Shown in pieces: positions 23,558 to 36,961 of a DNA stretch of 64,000 nt. The stretch is from Chiloscyllium plagiosum (lineage: Eukaryota): assembly GCF_004010195.1 (NCBI RefSeq), contig NC_057750.1, forward strand, positions 15,826,550 to 15,890,549, written 5' to 3'. The notes under the pieces are model-generated. The model did not search any database. It was not told the origin of the DNA and saw only the letters and a program-made list of their open reading frames with translations. Both the position numbers and the translations under genes were made by a program. The first letter of the stretch is position 1. Each line of letters starts with the position of its first letter.

Positions 23558-26500
23558 CAAAGAGAGGGCAACCCTTTCCAAAGTGTCACCAGCAGAAATG
23601 GGAGAGTATAGTTGTCTCTTCTGGATTATCAAATTGCTCTTTGATTCACACATAGACTTTCCTATGAATAGACACTGCTTTAATCCTTCAATATACAGGT
23701 ATCCCTAAAGAGTAGAGAGGAGAAGGGGAAAGAAGAACAGGGCATGTATGGGTAAATATACAAAATAAAATGAAGGAAAAACAAATATATTGTGGATTTT
23801 AAATGGCAGCATTGTCTTATAAAATATTGCTTAGCTTCTCTGTTTGAAAACATATGCATGATGATTTAAATCTATGATTAAGAAAATCCACCAATCAGTA
23901 CATCTATTGATTAATAAAGCTGTTAATAATTAACACAATAACTACCAATTAGAACATTATCTTTAACTAGAATTAAGATAGTTGTGAAGGTCCATTATTG
24001 TGGAAAGATGTTGAAGATTAATGAATGCTATCCCTTTCCAAAGTCCTTGATCCAACATGGACTTTGAAATAACCAGACATTTTTTCCTCCTCCTGTTGTC
24101 CAGTTTGGTGAGACTTTCGTCATCTGAGTCGACATGTACACATCCAAATATTATCAAAGTTTCTCTAACAATGCTTCTCTTCTCACTACAACACTATTAG
24201 CTTGGGATTTCCCTCAGGGGTCCACTCTTTTGGGTCCTTTCCCTTCCTCAACAACATCCTGTTCTTGGACAACATTACGAGGTAAATTTCCAGATCTGTG
24301 TTGATGATGTTCAACTCCACCTGTTATCAGACCCTTTCAGCCCCTTCATACCACTAGACTGTTTATCCAACATATACAAGCTTTGTCTGCATGAAATGGT
24401 ACTTCCATCAGCTGAAGGCTTGGAAGAGTGAAGTTATTGTTTAAGCTCCTTCATCACCAACTGCATCTCCCTTAACTCACTTTGCACCATCAATACATAA
24501 TCTCAGAAAGTGTTCTCAACTGTTCATGCTCTCTGTTCCTAAAAACAAACACTGATTCTATAGCACTGGAATTTAAATCAAGATCTCAGGACAAGTCTTT
24601 TGCCTAAATTATTGACCTTTTCAGAAGCTGCTGTGTATTTACAGCATAGCATTTTATTTGTTCATGGGATATGAGCAAAATTTGCAACCAGCATTTTAGC
24701 CCATCCCAGATTACCTTTGAGAAAGTGGTGGTGAGCTCTCTTCTTGAACTGCTGCATGTCACATGGAGGTTATGCTTGCAAAGTGATAGTGTCACTGGAC
24801 TAGTATTCCTGAGGCCCAGGCTAATACTCTGGGAACAGGGGTTCAAATAGCAGCTGGTTGAATTTAAATTCAATACATAAAATCAAGAATTGAAAGCTAG
24901 TCTTATTAATGTTAACCATTACCACTACCATCAGTTGTTGTAAAAATCCATCTGTTTCACTAAAGTTCTTTAGGAAAGAAATAAACAAATTGTGAGGTTC
25001 TTGTTCAGATTTATGTAGAGAGAGGGAAGACATTGGAAGTTTGGGTGAGCTTAAAAGTGGCCAAATCCCTATCTCGGATGCGTTAGATCCCAGGCTGCTG
25101 TGGGAGATGATAGAGGAAATTACATGGGCTCTGACCCAAATTTTTATTCATCTCTGGTCATTGGGGAGGTATCAGAAACAAAGAAACATAGAAGATAGGA
25201 GCAGAAGGAGGCCATTTAGATCTTCAAGCCTGCTCTGCCATTCATCACGATCATGGCCAATTGTCCAACTCAATAGCCTAATCCTGCTTTCTCCTCATAA
25301 CTTTTGATCCCATTTGTCCCAAGTGCTATACCTAGCTGCTTCTTGAATACATTCAATGCTTTGGGTGAAGAATGTCTCCTCATCTCCGACTTAAATGGTC
25401 CATCCTGAATCCAAATCTGTGACCCACGATTCTGACGCACCCACAATCGGCAACATCCTCCCTGAATCTATGCTGTCTAGTCATAGAGATGTACAGCACG
25501 GAAACAGATCCTTCAATCCAACTTGTCCATGCCGACCAGATATCCTAACCTAGTCTAGTCCACCTGCCCGCACCTGACCCATATCCCTCCAAACCCTTCC
25601 TATTCATATACCCATCCAAATGCATTTTAAATGTTGCAATTGTACTAGCCTCCACCACTTCCTCTGGCAGCCCATACCACACGCGCACCATTCTCTGAGT
25701 GAAAATGTTGCCCCTTTGGTCTCTTTTATATCTTTCCCCTCTCACCCTAAACCTATGCCCTCTAGTTCTGGACTCCCCCACCCCAGGGAAAAGACTTTGT
25801 CTATTTATCCTTTACATGCCCCTCATAATTTTGTAAACCTCTATAAGGTTACCCCTCAGCCTCCGACGCTCCAGGGAAAACAGCCCCAGCCTATTCAACC
25901 TCTCCCTATTGCTCAAATCCTCCAACCCTGGCAACCTCCTTGTAAATCTTTTCTGAACCCTTTCAATTTGCACAACATCTTTCTGATAGGAAGGAGACCA
26001 GAATTGCATGCAATATTCCAACAGTGGCCTAACCAATGTCCTGTACAGCTGCAACATGACCTCCCAACTTGTTACATTTTGTTCCCTCTTCCAAATCATT
26101 AATATATATTGTGAATAGCTGGGATCCTAGCACCAATCTCTGTGGCACCCCAATAGTTAATGCCTGCCAATTTGAAAAGTACCCATTAATTCCTACTCTT
26201 TGTTTCCTCTCTGCCAATTAGTTTTCTATCCATCACAATATACTTCCCACAGTCCCATGCACTTTAATCTTGCACAATAATTTCTGATCTGGGACTTTGT
26301 CAAATGCTTTCTGAAAGTCCAAATTGACCATATTGACTGCCTCCCACTTGTCAACTCTACTAGTTACATCTTCGTAGAATTCCAACAGATTTCTCAAGCA
26401 TGATTTGCCCTTCATAGGTTCATGCTAACTCTGTCTGATTCTGCCACTGCTTTCTAACAAAGAACTGGAGAACAGCTAATGTGGTTCCACTTTTGAAGAG

Positions 26501-26879
26501 GGATGATTGGGTCACAGACTAGTGAGTTTCCCATCAATGGTAGGGAAACAATTGGAGAAAATTCTGAAGGAGAGAATTAATCTCCACTTGGAAAGGCAAG
26601 GTTTGATCAGGGATAGTCAGTCCATGCTTTGTCAGAGGGATTGACTGTTAGGTTTACAGTGAGGAAGAAGGCCTTAGGTTACAGAGGAATTTAGAAGTAG
26701 TGGTCAGATGGGTATATCAATGGCAGATGGAATTTAATCCTCATAAATCTGAGGGGATGGGAGTACTCAATGAATGGCAGGACACTAGGAAACTCAGAGG
26801 AACAGAAGCAGTGGTTTTCTACAGATCCCTGAGGTGGTAGAACAGGTTAATAATGTAGTTAAGAAAGCATATCGTCGAA

Positions 26880-27195
26880 TCCTTACAGTGTGGAAGCAGG
26901 CCATTTGACCCAACAAGTCCACACCGACCCCCCAAACAGTAACCCACCCAGACCTATTCTCTTAACCCTATTACTCTACATTTACTCCTGAACACTATGG
27001 GCAGTTGAGCATAGCCAATTCACCTAACCTGCACATCTTTGGACTGTGGGAGGAAGCCGGAGCACCCAGAAGAAACCCACGCAGACACGGGGAGAATATG
27101 TAAACACCACACAGACAGTTGCCTAGGCTGGAATTGAATCTGAGTCCCTGGTGCTGTGAAGCAGCAATGCTAACCACTGAGCCACCGTGCCACCC
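26880..27195 (-). mobile_element. HE1 / V-SINE
   Basis: tRNA-like head (ggtggcacggtggctcagtggttagc), V-domain (ttctccccgtgtctgcgtgggtttc), HER1-like tail. Confidence 0.9.
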
Positions 27196-27291
27196 ATGGG
27201 ACATGACTTTATCAGTCATGACATAGATTATAAGAGCCGAGAGGTTATTTATGTTGGAGCTGTACAAAATTTGCTTATGCCACAGCATTTA

Positions 27292-27615
27292 TGGGATGGC
27301 ATGGTGCTCAGTGGTTAGCACTGCTGCCACACAGCACCAGGGACCCAGGTTCAATTCCAGTCTCGGGCGACTGTCTGTGTGGAGTTTGCACATTCTCCCT
27401 GTGCTCTGGTTTCCTCCCACAATCCAAAGATATGCAGGTTAGGTGAATTGGCCATGCTAAATTTCCCTTATTGATCAGGGATGTGTAGGTTAAGTACATT
27501 AGTCATGGGTAAATATAGGGTAGGAGAATGGGTTTTGGTGGGTTACTTTTCCAAGGGTTGGTGTGGACTTGTTGGGCTGAAGGGCCTGTTTCCACACTGT
27601 AGGATTCTATGATTC
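27292..27615 (+). mobile_element. HE1 / V-SINE
   Basis: Same head, V-domain and tail; internal deletion in the V-domain. Confidence 0.88.
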
Positions 27616-30600
27616 AATTCTTTATGCTGTTCTGGTCACTGCACAATAGGAGGAAACTGAAGAAGCTAGAGAGGAGATTGCCCATTATGGAACATTTTAG
27701 CTATGAAGACAGCAAGAAGTTTGGTTTGTTTTCTTTAGAGCAGAGAAGGTTGAGGGGGGATTCAGATTGAGATGTATAAGATTATGAAGGACATAGGCAC
27801 AGTATATAGAAAGTAGCTGTTCCCCTTATTTGAAAGGTCCATAAAAAAGGGGCACAATTTTAAGGTGAAAATCAGAAAGTTCAGAGGGGATTTGAGGAAA
27901 CATTTTTTCACCCACACGGTGATGGGAATCCGGAATGCACTGCCTAGGAGGGTAGTTGAGTTGGGAAACCTCACAACCTTTAAAATTACTTGGATGAGCA
28001 CTTGAAATGCCATAACATTCAAGGCTGTGGGCCACGTGCTGGAAAGCAGGATAATTTTGTACTGTATTATTCTATGATTCCATTTAATCTGTCATTTTTA
28101 TTTGGGATAGCTGATAGGTGACCTGTAGCAATGTGGTTGACTCTTAGTAGCCCTCTGAAAGAGTCTGAGTCAAAAAGTGTGGTGCTGGAAAAGTCTTCAC
28201 TTTCTCACAGTCTTCCAAACATGGAATAGGATATAAATCAGAATTTGTAACTGCATTGCCTTTGTGACAATCCACACACAATCATTGGGTATCATCTGGT
28301 TTTGACACCATTACTATGGGGTGAACTCATTTTGATTACGTTGTCATTGAGCATGCGTCCAATGTCTTTTTGAATCAGTGCCAAGTTGAGAAAGTTAAGT
28401 CTATAGGATTGTTGCTTAATTGGATCAGCATTCCTACATTTGCATCATGCTTACTTAGACTAATACTTCCCAGCTTATTCCCACATATCTCCCCATGAGA
28501 TTGTAATAACTTTTTCAGGTCATTTCAATTTTCCTCTGGAAGGTAACTTAATAATTTATTCCAATTTTTGAGAACATCCTTATTGTCCAATTTAAATTGA
28601 GGAATGTCCAATTCAGAATCATAAGAACTTGGTTCTTCACTCTGTATTGTAACCAATAAAACACATTCTTCTTTTGCTTTCCTTCCATACTAAAATACCT
28701 TTTGAGCTTATTCACATGACACACTCCATGAGATTTATTTCTTTTCAATGTTCTTATCAAATAATTCACCTCACTCAATTTCCTTTTGATTTTATATGGC
28801 TCACTAAACCTTGCTTTTAAAGATTCACCTACCACTGGAAGTAACACTAACACTTTATCTCCACTAGCAAACTTCTGAATTTTTTCTGAATTTTTGATTT
28901 CTTGTCTGCTTCCTGTTTCATCACATGTTGTGCTACTTTTAAATGCTGTGCAGCCAACTCTCCCACTTTATTTAATCTTTCCCTAAAATTTGACACATAG
29001 TTCAAATATGTGGTGTCTGAACTCTGACCCACCAACCTCTCCTTAATTAATTTCAATGATCCTCTCACCTCATGCCCAAAAATGATTTCAAATGGACTGA
29101 ATTTAATTGATTCATTAGGTACATCCCTAATAGCAAAAAGTACAAATGGAATTTCTTTATCCCAATCCTCTGGATAGTCTTGACTATAAGCCCTTAACAT
29201 GGTCTTTAAAGATGTCACTGTTCCAATATTGCCTGCGATTCCGGATGGCACACAGTGGATTTGAATTGTTTTATTCCTAAGCCATCCAAAACTTCCTTGA
29301 ATAATTTTGATGTAAAATTTGACCCTTGATCTGATTGTATCTCTGTGAGTAGTCTGTATCTAGTAAAACATTTCGGTAACTCGTCTGCAATCCTTTTATC
29401 CATAATACTGCATAATGGAATGGCCTCTGGAAATCTAGTGAACACATTCATTATGGTCAACAAATTCTGATTCTCACATTTTGTTTTAGATAGGGGTCCT
29501 ATGCAATCATATAAGACCATTGTAAAAGGTTCTTCAAATATTGGGAATAGGTGTTAAACGTGCTGGTTTTATCACTGCCTGAGATTTTCCAATTACCTGA
29601 CATTTATCACATGCCCAGCAAAATTCAACCACATCCTTATGCAGTCTGGGCCAAAACGAAAAATGTTTTTAGATCTTGGCTTGAGTTTTCCTCACTCCTA
29701 CATGACTTCCCACTGGTAATTCATGGGCTCCCTGCAACATATTTTCTATAACGCACCGGTAATACAATTTGATGAACTTCTGCCCATTTTTCGTCCGCCT
29801 GAAGATATGATGGTTTCCACTTCCTCATCAAAATGTCATTTTTAAGTTAGTAACATTCAGGGATACACTCAAATTCTTCTTCAGTGTAGCTGTTTTAATT
29901 CAACTTTTCACCTTTCTGTTGCAGTCCAGTCAATTTCTCCGAATTAAAAATATCCACTTTGTCCTCTGCTTGTTCTTGATTTTTTTGTCAACCATTTGAT
30001 CAAACATGGTATCTATACTTCAACTTCCTTATCTATATTCTTTGATTTCTCCTCCAGTTTCAACCTGTGCCTTTGTGACTTTGTTACCACACAGTCAGGA
30101 AAAATCCCAGGATATGCTTTCTGTAATACCCTCAGTTGCCTCGTCTTCCGCCAGCTTTTCAGCCACAGAAGATATCACTGTGATCCAGCTATATCATTAC
30201 CAAGGACAAACTGTATTCCTGGAACCAACAGTTTCTTTATTACTCCTGCCACCATTTCTGCACTTTCCACTGAATTCTCTAGCCTCACTTTATATAATGG
30301 AACATTTCTCGTCTCACCATGAATTCCATATATTACCACATTTGCTGGCAATATTCCTTCTGCATTAAATATCCCCATATCTCTCACCATCAAAGACTAG
30401 CATGCTCCCGTATCTCTTAAAATTTTAATTTCTTTACCTGCTCCTCTTGCACATACAAGTAAACTCACCCTTGCAAATACATTTTTAAGTGATATGGCAC
30501 TTACTAAGAAAACCCTGACCAGGTTGTACATTCTGTTGCAGCGTTTTAATTTCCACTGTGCTTTCCTTTATCACTTCAACAAAACTCACTCATTTATCCT

Positions 30601-31354
30601 GTTTTCCCACAACCGTCTTCCCTGTGCTTGTTCTAAACCATCAACACTGTGATTTCATGTGGCCTACTTTATTGCAGTAAAAACATCTGAACTTCTTTAC
30701 TTCTCTTCCCCCCTCACAGGTTGCCTTTTTACCTTGTGGTAAACTATCTTCACTACTTTCAATGAGGTCTCCTTTTCCCTTACCACTGGAGGATTTCCCT
30801 TTTCCTGAATTTCTATCTCTCAGATTGAAATTGATGTCAGAAGCCAAACTTTAACATATGAACCAACTCGTAATCATTTGCCATTTCCGCTGCTAATCTT
30901 CCAGTTTTAATTTTCTGCTCTTTGACACAAGTTGGAAGTGAATTTTTGAACTCCTTCAAAATAATGGTTTCTCTAAAAGCATCACGTGTTTGATCTATTT
31001 TCAATGCCCTAATCAAAATTACTTTGTTTGATCCTTTCAAACTCAATGTATCTTTGACCCGATTCCCTCATTAGATTCCTGAAACATTGTCAGTAGGCTT
31101 CTGATGCTAGTTCATATGCACTTAAGATGTCTTTCTTCACCTCCTCATACTCCCCAGATACCTCCGATAGTGTTGTAAATAACTTACTATCTCCACCTAC
31201 CAACTTTGCTTGGATCAACAACACCAACATGTTCACTGGCCATTTCATTTGTTTAGCCACTTGCTCAAATAAAATGAAAAAGGCCTGTACGTCCTCCTCA
31301 TCAACACTTGAACATATTTAAAAAGGTCTCCTGCAGGCCTTTCTCTATGATGGG

Positions 31355-31560
31355 AGAAAATGAGGACTACAGATGTTAGAGATCAGAGTCGAAGAATGTG
31401 CTGCTGGAAAAGCACAGCCAGTCAGGCAGCATCTGAGGAGCAGGAGAATCAACATTTCAGGCATAAGCTCTTCATCAGGAATGTCTGAAACATCGATTCT
31501 CCTGGTCATCGGATGCTGTCTGGACTGGCTGTGCTTTTCTAGCACCACACTCTTCAACTC
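31355..31560. mobile_element. About 205-bp fold-back PLE family A mini-element inserted in the Gmr1 gag
   Basis: 15-bp TSD TTTCTCTATGATGGG at 31340-31354 and 31561-31575; inverted arms about 31385-31460 and 31481-31560. Confidence 0.88.
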
Positions 31561-32090
31561 TTTCTCTATGATGGGTTTGGTTGTCATCACTATCTCCCTC
31601 ACTAAGCCTAACTTCTAATTCACCTCTACCCTTTTACGTCTACTTTCCTCTCTAATTGCCAACTTCTGAAGTTCAACTCTCTTTCTATTTTTCTTCTGCT
31701 AGGGCTATTCGTTCCTTTTCTTTTGGCTTTAATTCAAGCTGCTTCATTTGCAATTGAATTTTTGCCATTTCCAAAAATTTCAATGGCATTTCTGGCAATC
31801 ATAAATATCAAGCTATTGCTGCAATTATGACCCCTTTTTGCACAGATGAGGGCAAACCCAACTCCAGCTGGGTCTGCCAATTCCAAATCTTTGCCTTGCT
31901 CACTTCCTGCAGAACTATGGATGTGATTTCTTCTACTTCCAGAAAATCTGAGTTATTGAAAGAGTCATTACTACATAAGGCACACCCTGTTTACACCGAA
32001 GTGAACACCCAAAACAAAAGACACTAACACTTACCACTCACTGCCTTTGAGTCCAATAATCTTAGCCCCAACTTGCACTTAGAAATTTTG

Positions 32091-32109
32091 ATCCTGACAA
32101 GAGCCCCCA
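32091..32109 (-). other. Primer binding site, tRNA-Pro-like
   Basis: TGGGGGCTCTTGTCAGGAT compared with the canonical Pro PBS TGGGGGCTCGTCCGGGAT. Confidence 0.75.
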
Positions 32110-32112
32110 GTT

Positions 32113-32754
32113 TGTTATGGACCAGACAAGATCCACTCAAAATATTTTGAGAAGGTATCTTAGATCCTAACCTTTTCTTATTTTAAAGGAAAATGTAAAG
32201 TGCTTTGTTCTAGATGCAACTTAACTGGTCAAACTACTCAACATTAAGCAAAACACAATTTATTCAAATACTATAGTTAAAATACAAAAAAAGAAAGAAG
32301 AGCTTAGAAATACTTAACTCTATTGGAAAACCTATCAGAATTACAGATATAGTAACTATTACTAATTATCTGTTCCAATATAGTAACATCCCGTAAACAC
32401 ATCCCTTGGCAAAATGGCAAATTCATAAGTAAGATTTGCTCACATGCAACACCCACAGTTGGAAGAGAAACCCCAGCTTCTAGCTATAGCCAAAAGAGGG
32501 GAAATAATAGCAGCATCTTCTTCAAAACTCCAGCAGCCTCTGTAAAATCTAAAAGCTAAAGAAAGCCCAGAAATCCTGGTCTGTGAGAGCTGGTCACACC
32601 CACCAGGGTGCTTCTATTGTTCCAACTTTAAAAAAAAACCCAAGGTCTCACAAGCTGTTTACATTATCACAGACTGCTCGGTGGCCTCTCTTCAATCTCT
32701 CCCCTAAAAGAAATTAGGACAAAAAACACCTTTTAAAGCCACAGCATCATTACA
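32113..32754 (-). repeat. 5' LTR of the Gmr1-type element (TG...CA)
   Basis: On the minus strand it begins TGTAATG at 32754 and ends ...TAACA at 32113, a few bases before the PBS. Confidence 0.7.
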
Positions 32755-34339
32755 CTAGTGACCAGGTTCAAGTTTCTCCATCAGATGTGGTGTGCTTTAC
32801 ATCCAACTCAAGACTTCTCAAGTGTATACACCATGGTAATAGAGCAGCCAATGTACACACAGCAAACTCCCACAAATGGCACAGTGACAATGACCAGATA
32901 ATTGGCTTTGCATGGTGTCGATTGAGCAATAAATATTAGCAAAAATCTTGGAGTTAACTAAAAACAGAAACTGATGCTGAAAATCTGAAATATAAATAAA
33001 AAATGTATTGGCATACTCATCAGATCACTCACCAATTTGAAATCCTTCACTTTTTGTTTCAAGTGTAAATAACTGGTGGGATGCCCCTGACACCAAATCA
33101 TCTGCTTATCAGGTACATAAGTGGTCACCCAGTGAGCTTTCTCACTGGGATCACTTCCTTAGACAGTAATGCCCTGCCCTGCCTGAAGCTGACAACCAGC
33201 GGCAGGCAATCACTGTGAGCTGTGATGTTGGTGGCACAGTGACCCAGAAACCAGGATCTCCTGATACAGGAGGTACAAGGGGGTCAGAGAATCCAGTGCG
33301 GAGAGTATATTCAGCAGACAGGGTAGGGGTTAGCTTTCAGCAGCCACCCTTATACCTTCACCCCAACCCCATGTTATAGATCATTTCTAGATTGCGGAAG
33401 ATGGAGACACACCCATCCCCAAAAGCAGGCCTCTCTGTTTTATGGTTGAAAAGTTTGCCAGTGCCCTTGCCTTCTGGGAACTGAGTTAATTGCAGCAGTG
33501 GCAATAAGAGGCCCTTATTAACTGACTGCTTAACAGTGTCAATTGGTGGCAAGGTGAGGTGGCCTTCATACCCACAACCTAACTCCTGACAAGGTGGCAG
33601 GTTCTTCTTGATGTTAACCTGCCCCCTTCTTTTCCCCTTCTGTCACTTTTTAAGAAGGGGAAGGTTCTGCCTGTTAATTCCATTTCTCTCCACAGATGCT
33701 GCCTGATTTGGTGAATATTTTCAGCACTTTTTGTTTCATGCCAGGAATCTCTTAGCGCCATATCAGAGCTTGCAGACAAAGTTTCAATTTTTGTGCCCAT
33801 GTGTTGGAATGGAATTTGAATTCATCACCTTGAGATTTGGAGGCTGGCTCCTAAGCCATAGCTAACTCATAACTAGTTAATCCTTTTTAGTGATTGTGGT
33901 TGATTAGGGCACACTGTTTTTCTTCAAAGTAACACCATGCAACCTTACACTCACCCCAGGGGGTCTTATGTTATAATTTAAGCTGAAAGACAGCATCACA
34001 AACAGCACAGCACTCCTTCAGTACTTCACTGGGAACTTCAGCCTGGATTACATAGAACATAGAACATAGAAGAATACAGCGGAGTACAGGCCCTTCGGCC
34101 CTCGATGTTGCGCCTATCCAAGCCCACCTAACCTACACTAGCCCACTATCCTCCATATGCCTATCCATACTCAAGTCTTACCATGAGACTTCAACACAAA
34201 CCGTCTAATTCAAAGCAAGACTGATTTCCACACAGTCACACAACTTATTGTTTCTTAATGTTGCAGTAGGTTTGATCAGGAGGTTTGATGCATTTAGGCA
34301 TGGAGTAATTGTTTGGCAAAATGAAAGCCAGAATCAAGT

Positions 34340-34640
34340 GGTAAAAGATGGCTCAGTGGTCAGCACTGCTATTGTATAGCGCCAGTGACCCAGGTTCGAT
34401 TCCAGCCTTGGTGACCGTGGAGTTTGCACGTTTTCTCCCCGTGTCTGCAATGGGTTTCCTCTGGGTGTTCTGGTTTCCTCCCACAGTCCAAAGATGTGCA
34501 GATTAGATGGATTAGCCATGCTAAAATTGCCCTATAGTGTGCAGGCTAGGTGGATTAGCTATGGTAAATGTGTGGTTACGGGGATGCTGTTTGGAAGGTC
34601 GGTGAAGTCTTGGTGGGCTGAATGGCCTCTTTCTGCACTG
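34340..34640 (+). mobile_element. HE1-related V-SINE
   Basis: tRNA head, V-domain, tail gattctatgattcta. Confidence 0.85.
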
Positions 34641-35358
34641 TAGGGATTCTATGATTCTAAGTGTAATTATGACAGGGTTAAAACTGTTTTCATAGAGGTA
34701 TTCCTGTGACCTATGGATTTGACCTGATATAGGCATACTGTTCTGTTCCATATTTGGCCAGAATGCTGAACTTGTTCTGTTGCCAAATGACGTGAGAATC
34801 ACAAATTCTTTACTCATGTAGAATTAGGATTTCAGATAGCAGCCTGAGAGGCCTTTCTGAGGAAATCAAAACCATCTGCTGTGTGTTTTAATTGGTGGGA
34901 AATCTGTAGTTTGACTTTAGGCTATAAAAACTACGTCTAATGAACCTTATCCAGGCCTCTTTTTATTTACAAAAAAGTGAAAAATTACTCAAATGTTCAC
35001 AGTTGATTATTTATTTTCATCTATTATGGATAATTTCACATAAACATACCCTTAAAAATTAACCCTCCTGCACTCTTAGCTTTGTTCTGTCAACTGAGTA
35101 CAACTTGGTTTTCACAGAGACCACACACTGCTTGTAAACTCTTTTGTTTCAAACTTGCTGACCTGGCGAGTTTTTACATTTGTGAAATTTGGTGGGTAGA
35201 GAAATATTAACTTTGGAATTTATAGTAGATTAAAATTAATGATTAGAGAAAGGCTTCCCCAGTCATTATTTTGTAGCATTTAATAACACAGAAGGAGATA
35301 TTTCAGCCCATTGTGCCTATGCTTTCTGCTTGAATGTGACCCAACTAGATTCACTCCC

Positions 35359-35530
35359 TGTAGTGACTTTAACAAGGTCAGCCAGCTGGACAACATAGAA
35401 TATGAGTTCCCTGATATACTGACATTCTGGTGCCTTATTCTGTATGAAACAGTACTATCGTCAAAGACTGTTCACATGTAAATAAAGGGTGACTTGGTGA
35501 CAGGATACCGGCCTCTGTGGAGTTATTTCA
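35359..35530 (+). repeat. 5' LTR, followed by a tRNA-Ser(GCU)-like PBS at 35532-35549
   Basis: TG...CA termini; homologous to the 3' LTR; PBS TGGTGACGAGAGTGGGAT. Confidence 0.85.
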
Positions 35531-36624
35531 ATGGTGACGAGAGTGGGATTTCAACAAATCGCAAACCATTTTTCACAGCTGGATATACACCCAGTCCCTT
35601 GGATACAGGGTTTATATGCAAAGCTAGCAGTCGGGCTGTCTTTCGCAAAGCTGAACATGAGCTTCGCATATTTGCAACTCCTTTTAGACCAGGATTCCCT
35701 GATATTTGTTACAATTAATGCCCATAAAGTCTTATACCAATATACGAGACTGCCATTTGTCAACTTGTTCAATTTTTCAGTGGACGATACAGAATATTTT
35801 GCAGGTGTACCTCAGGTTTCCATTTATCTAGATGATGTCCTGATAATGGAGAAAACTAATGAGGAACACTTACAGAAGTTCGATATAGTCCTAAGACATC
35901 TTTCCAAGGCAAGTGTACACTTAAGAAGGGAAACATGCATTTTCTATGTCCCCTAAGTGGGCTAAAGAATCGACAAAAGTGGGTGACACCCATTGAAAGA
36001 TAAAGTGAGGAGGATCAAAGGTGGCCCGGCTCCCATGTTTGTCCAGAAGTGTAGGTCATTTCTTGAGCTGGTAAATTATTATGGCAAGTCCATATATAAT
36101 CTAACATCCATCTTGGCACCTTTGCATCAACTCCTAAAAAAGGGTCAGCCTTGGAAATGGTCAAACTAGCTTTCAACGATGTGAAGACATGGTTATCATG
36201 CTTTAAGGTACTGGAATACAATGATCCCAAGAAAGATCTGGTATTGACATGTGATGCCTTCCTGCACTGCATCAGGGTGGTATTAGCTCATAGGTGGCCA
36301 ATGGAGAGGAATGCCCTAGCATATGTATCCAGGACTTTGCTAATGCAGAGTGTAAGTATGCCCATATAGAGAAAGAAGAATTGGCAGTCTTATCTGGAGT
36401 CAGGAAATTCCACCAATACCTTTATGGACAGAAATTTCTGTTAGTCATGGATCATAAACCCTTACTTGATCTGCCTGAAGAGGACAAGGCAGTGCTGCCC
36501 ATTGGTGGGCTCTAATACTAAGTGCTTATAATTCTAAGTTAGAACACCATCGGGTAGCTGAATAGCAAATGCGAAGCATTGAGCCAACTCCCATTAACAG
36601 ATACACGACTGGTGATAGCAGAGT

Positions 36625-36961
36625 GATTAGATTAGATTAGATTAGATTAGATTACTTACAGTGTGGAAACAGGCCCCTTCGGCCCAACAAGTCCACATCG
36701 ACCCACCGAAGCGCAACCCACCCATTCCCCTACATTTACCCCTTTTACCTAACACTACGGGCAATTTAGCATGGCCAATTCACCTGACCTGCACATCTTT
36801 GGACTGTGGGAGGAAACCGGAGCACCCGGAGGAAACCCACGCAAACACGGGGAGAACGTGCAAACTCCACACAGTGAGTCGCCTGAGTCGGGAATTGAAC
36901 CCGGGTCTCTGGCGCTGTGAGGCAGCAGTGCTAACCACTGTGCCACCGTGCCGCCCACGAA
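36625..36961 (-). mobile_element. Young HE1 / V-SINE nested in the Gypsy pol
   Basis: CpG-rich head and V-domain; perfect (TAATC)n tail at about 36625-36655; possible short TSD GAGT. Confidence 0.93.

Larger units (their letters stand above)
24765..28160. mobile_element. Nested stack: a shark SINE split by a + strand CR1, which itself contains - strand CR1 copies and two HE1 SINEs
   Basis: SINE head about 24765-25020 with its continuation at about 28115-28160; CR1 ORF fragments 25545-26415 on - (GKSCLRNLLEFYE, DFQKAFDKV, GVPQ); + CR1 pieces to about 28080. Confidence 0.7.
28195..32754 (-). mobile_element. Gmr1-type Gypsy LTR retrotransposon, 3'-truncated and degenerate (LTR-PBS-gag-PR-IN-RT)
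   Basis: Zinc knuckle CFYCNKVGHMKSQC (30641-30847); protease KILRDTGA near 30400-30427; integrase DCIGPL/TRFPEAIPL/SDQGSNF (29215-29520) and ARFSEPY (28548-28853); RT N-terminus afterwards (PIVMVSKPD...YPIP, about 28200-28450). Confidence 0.88.
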
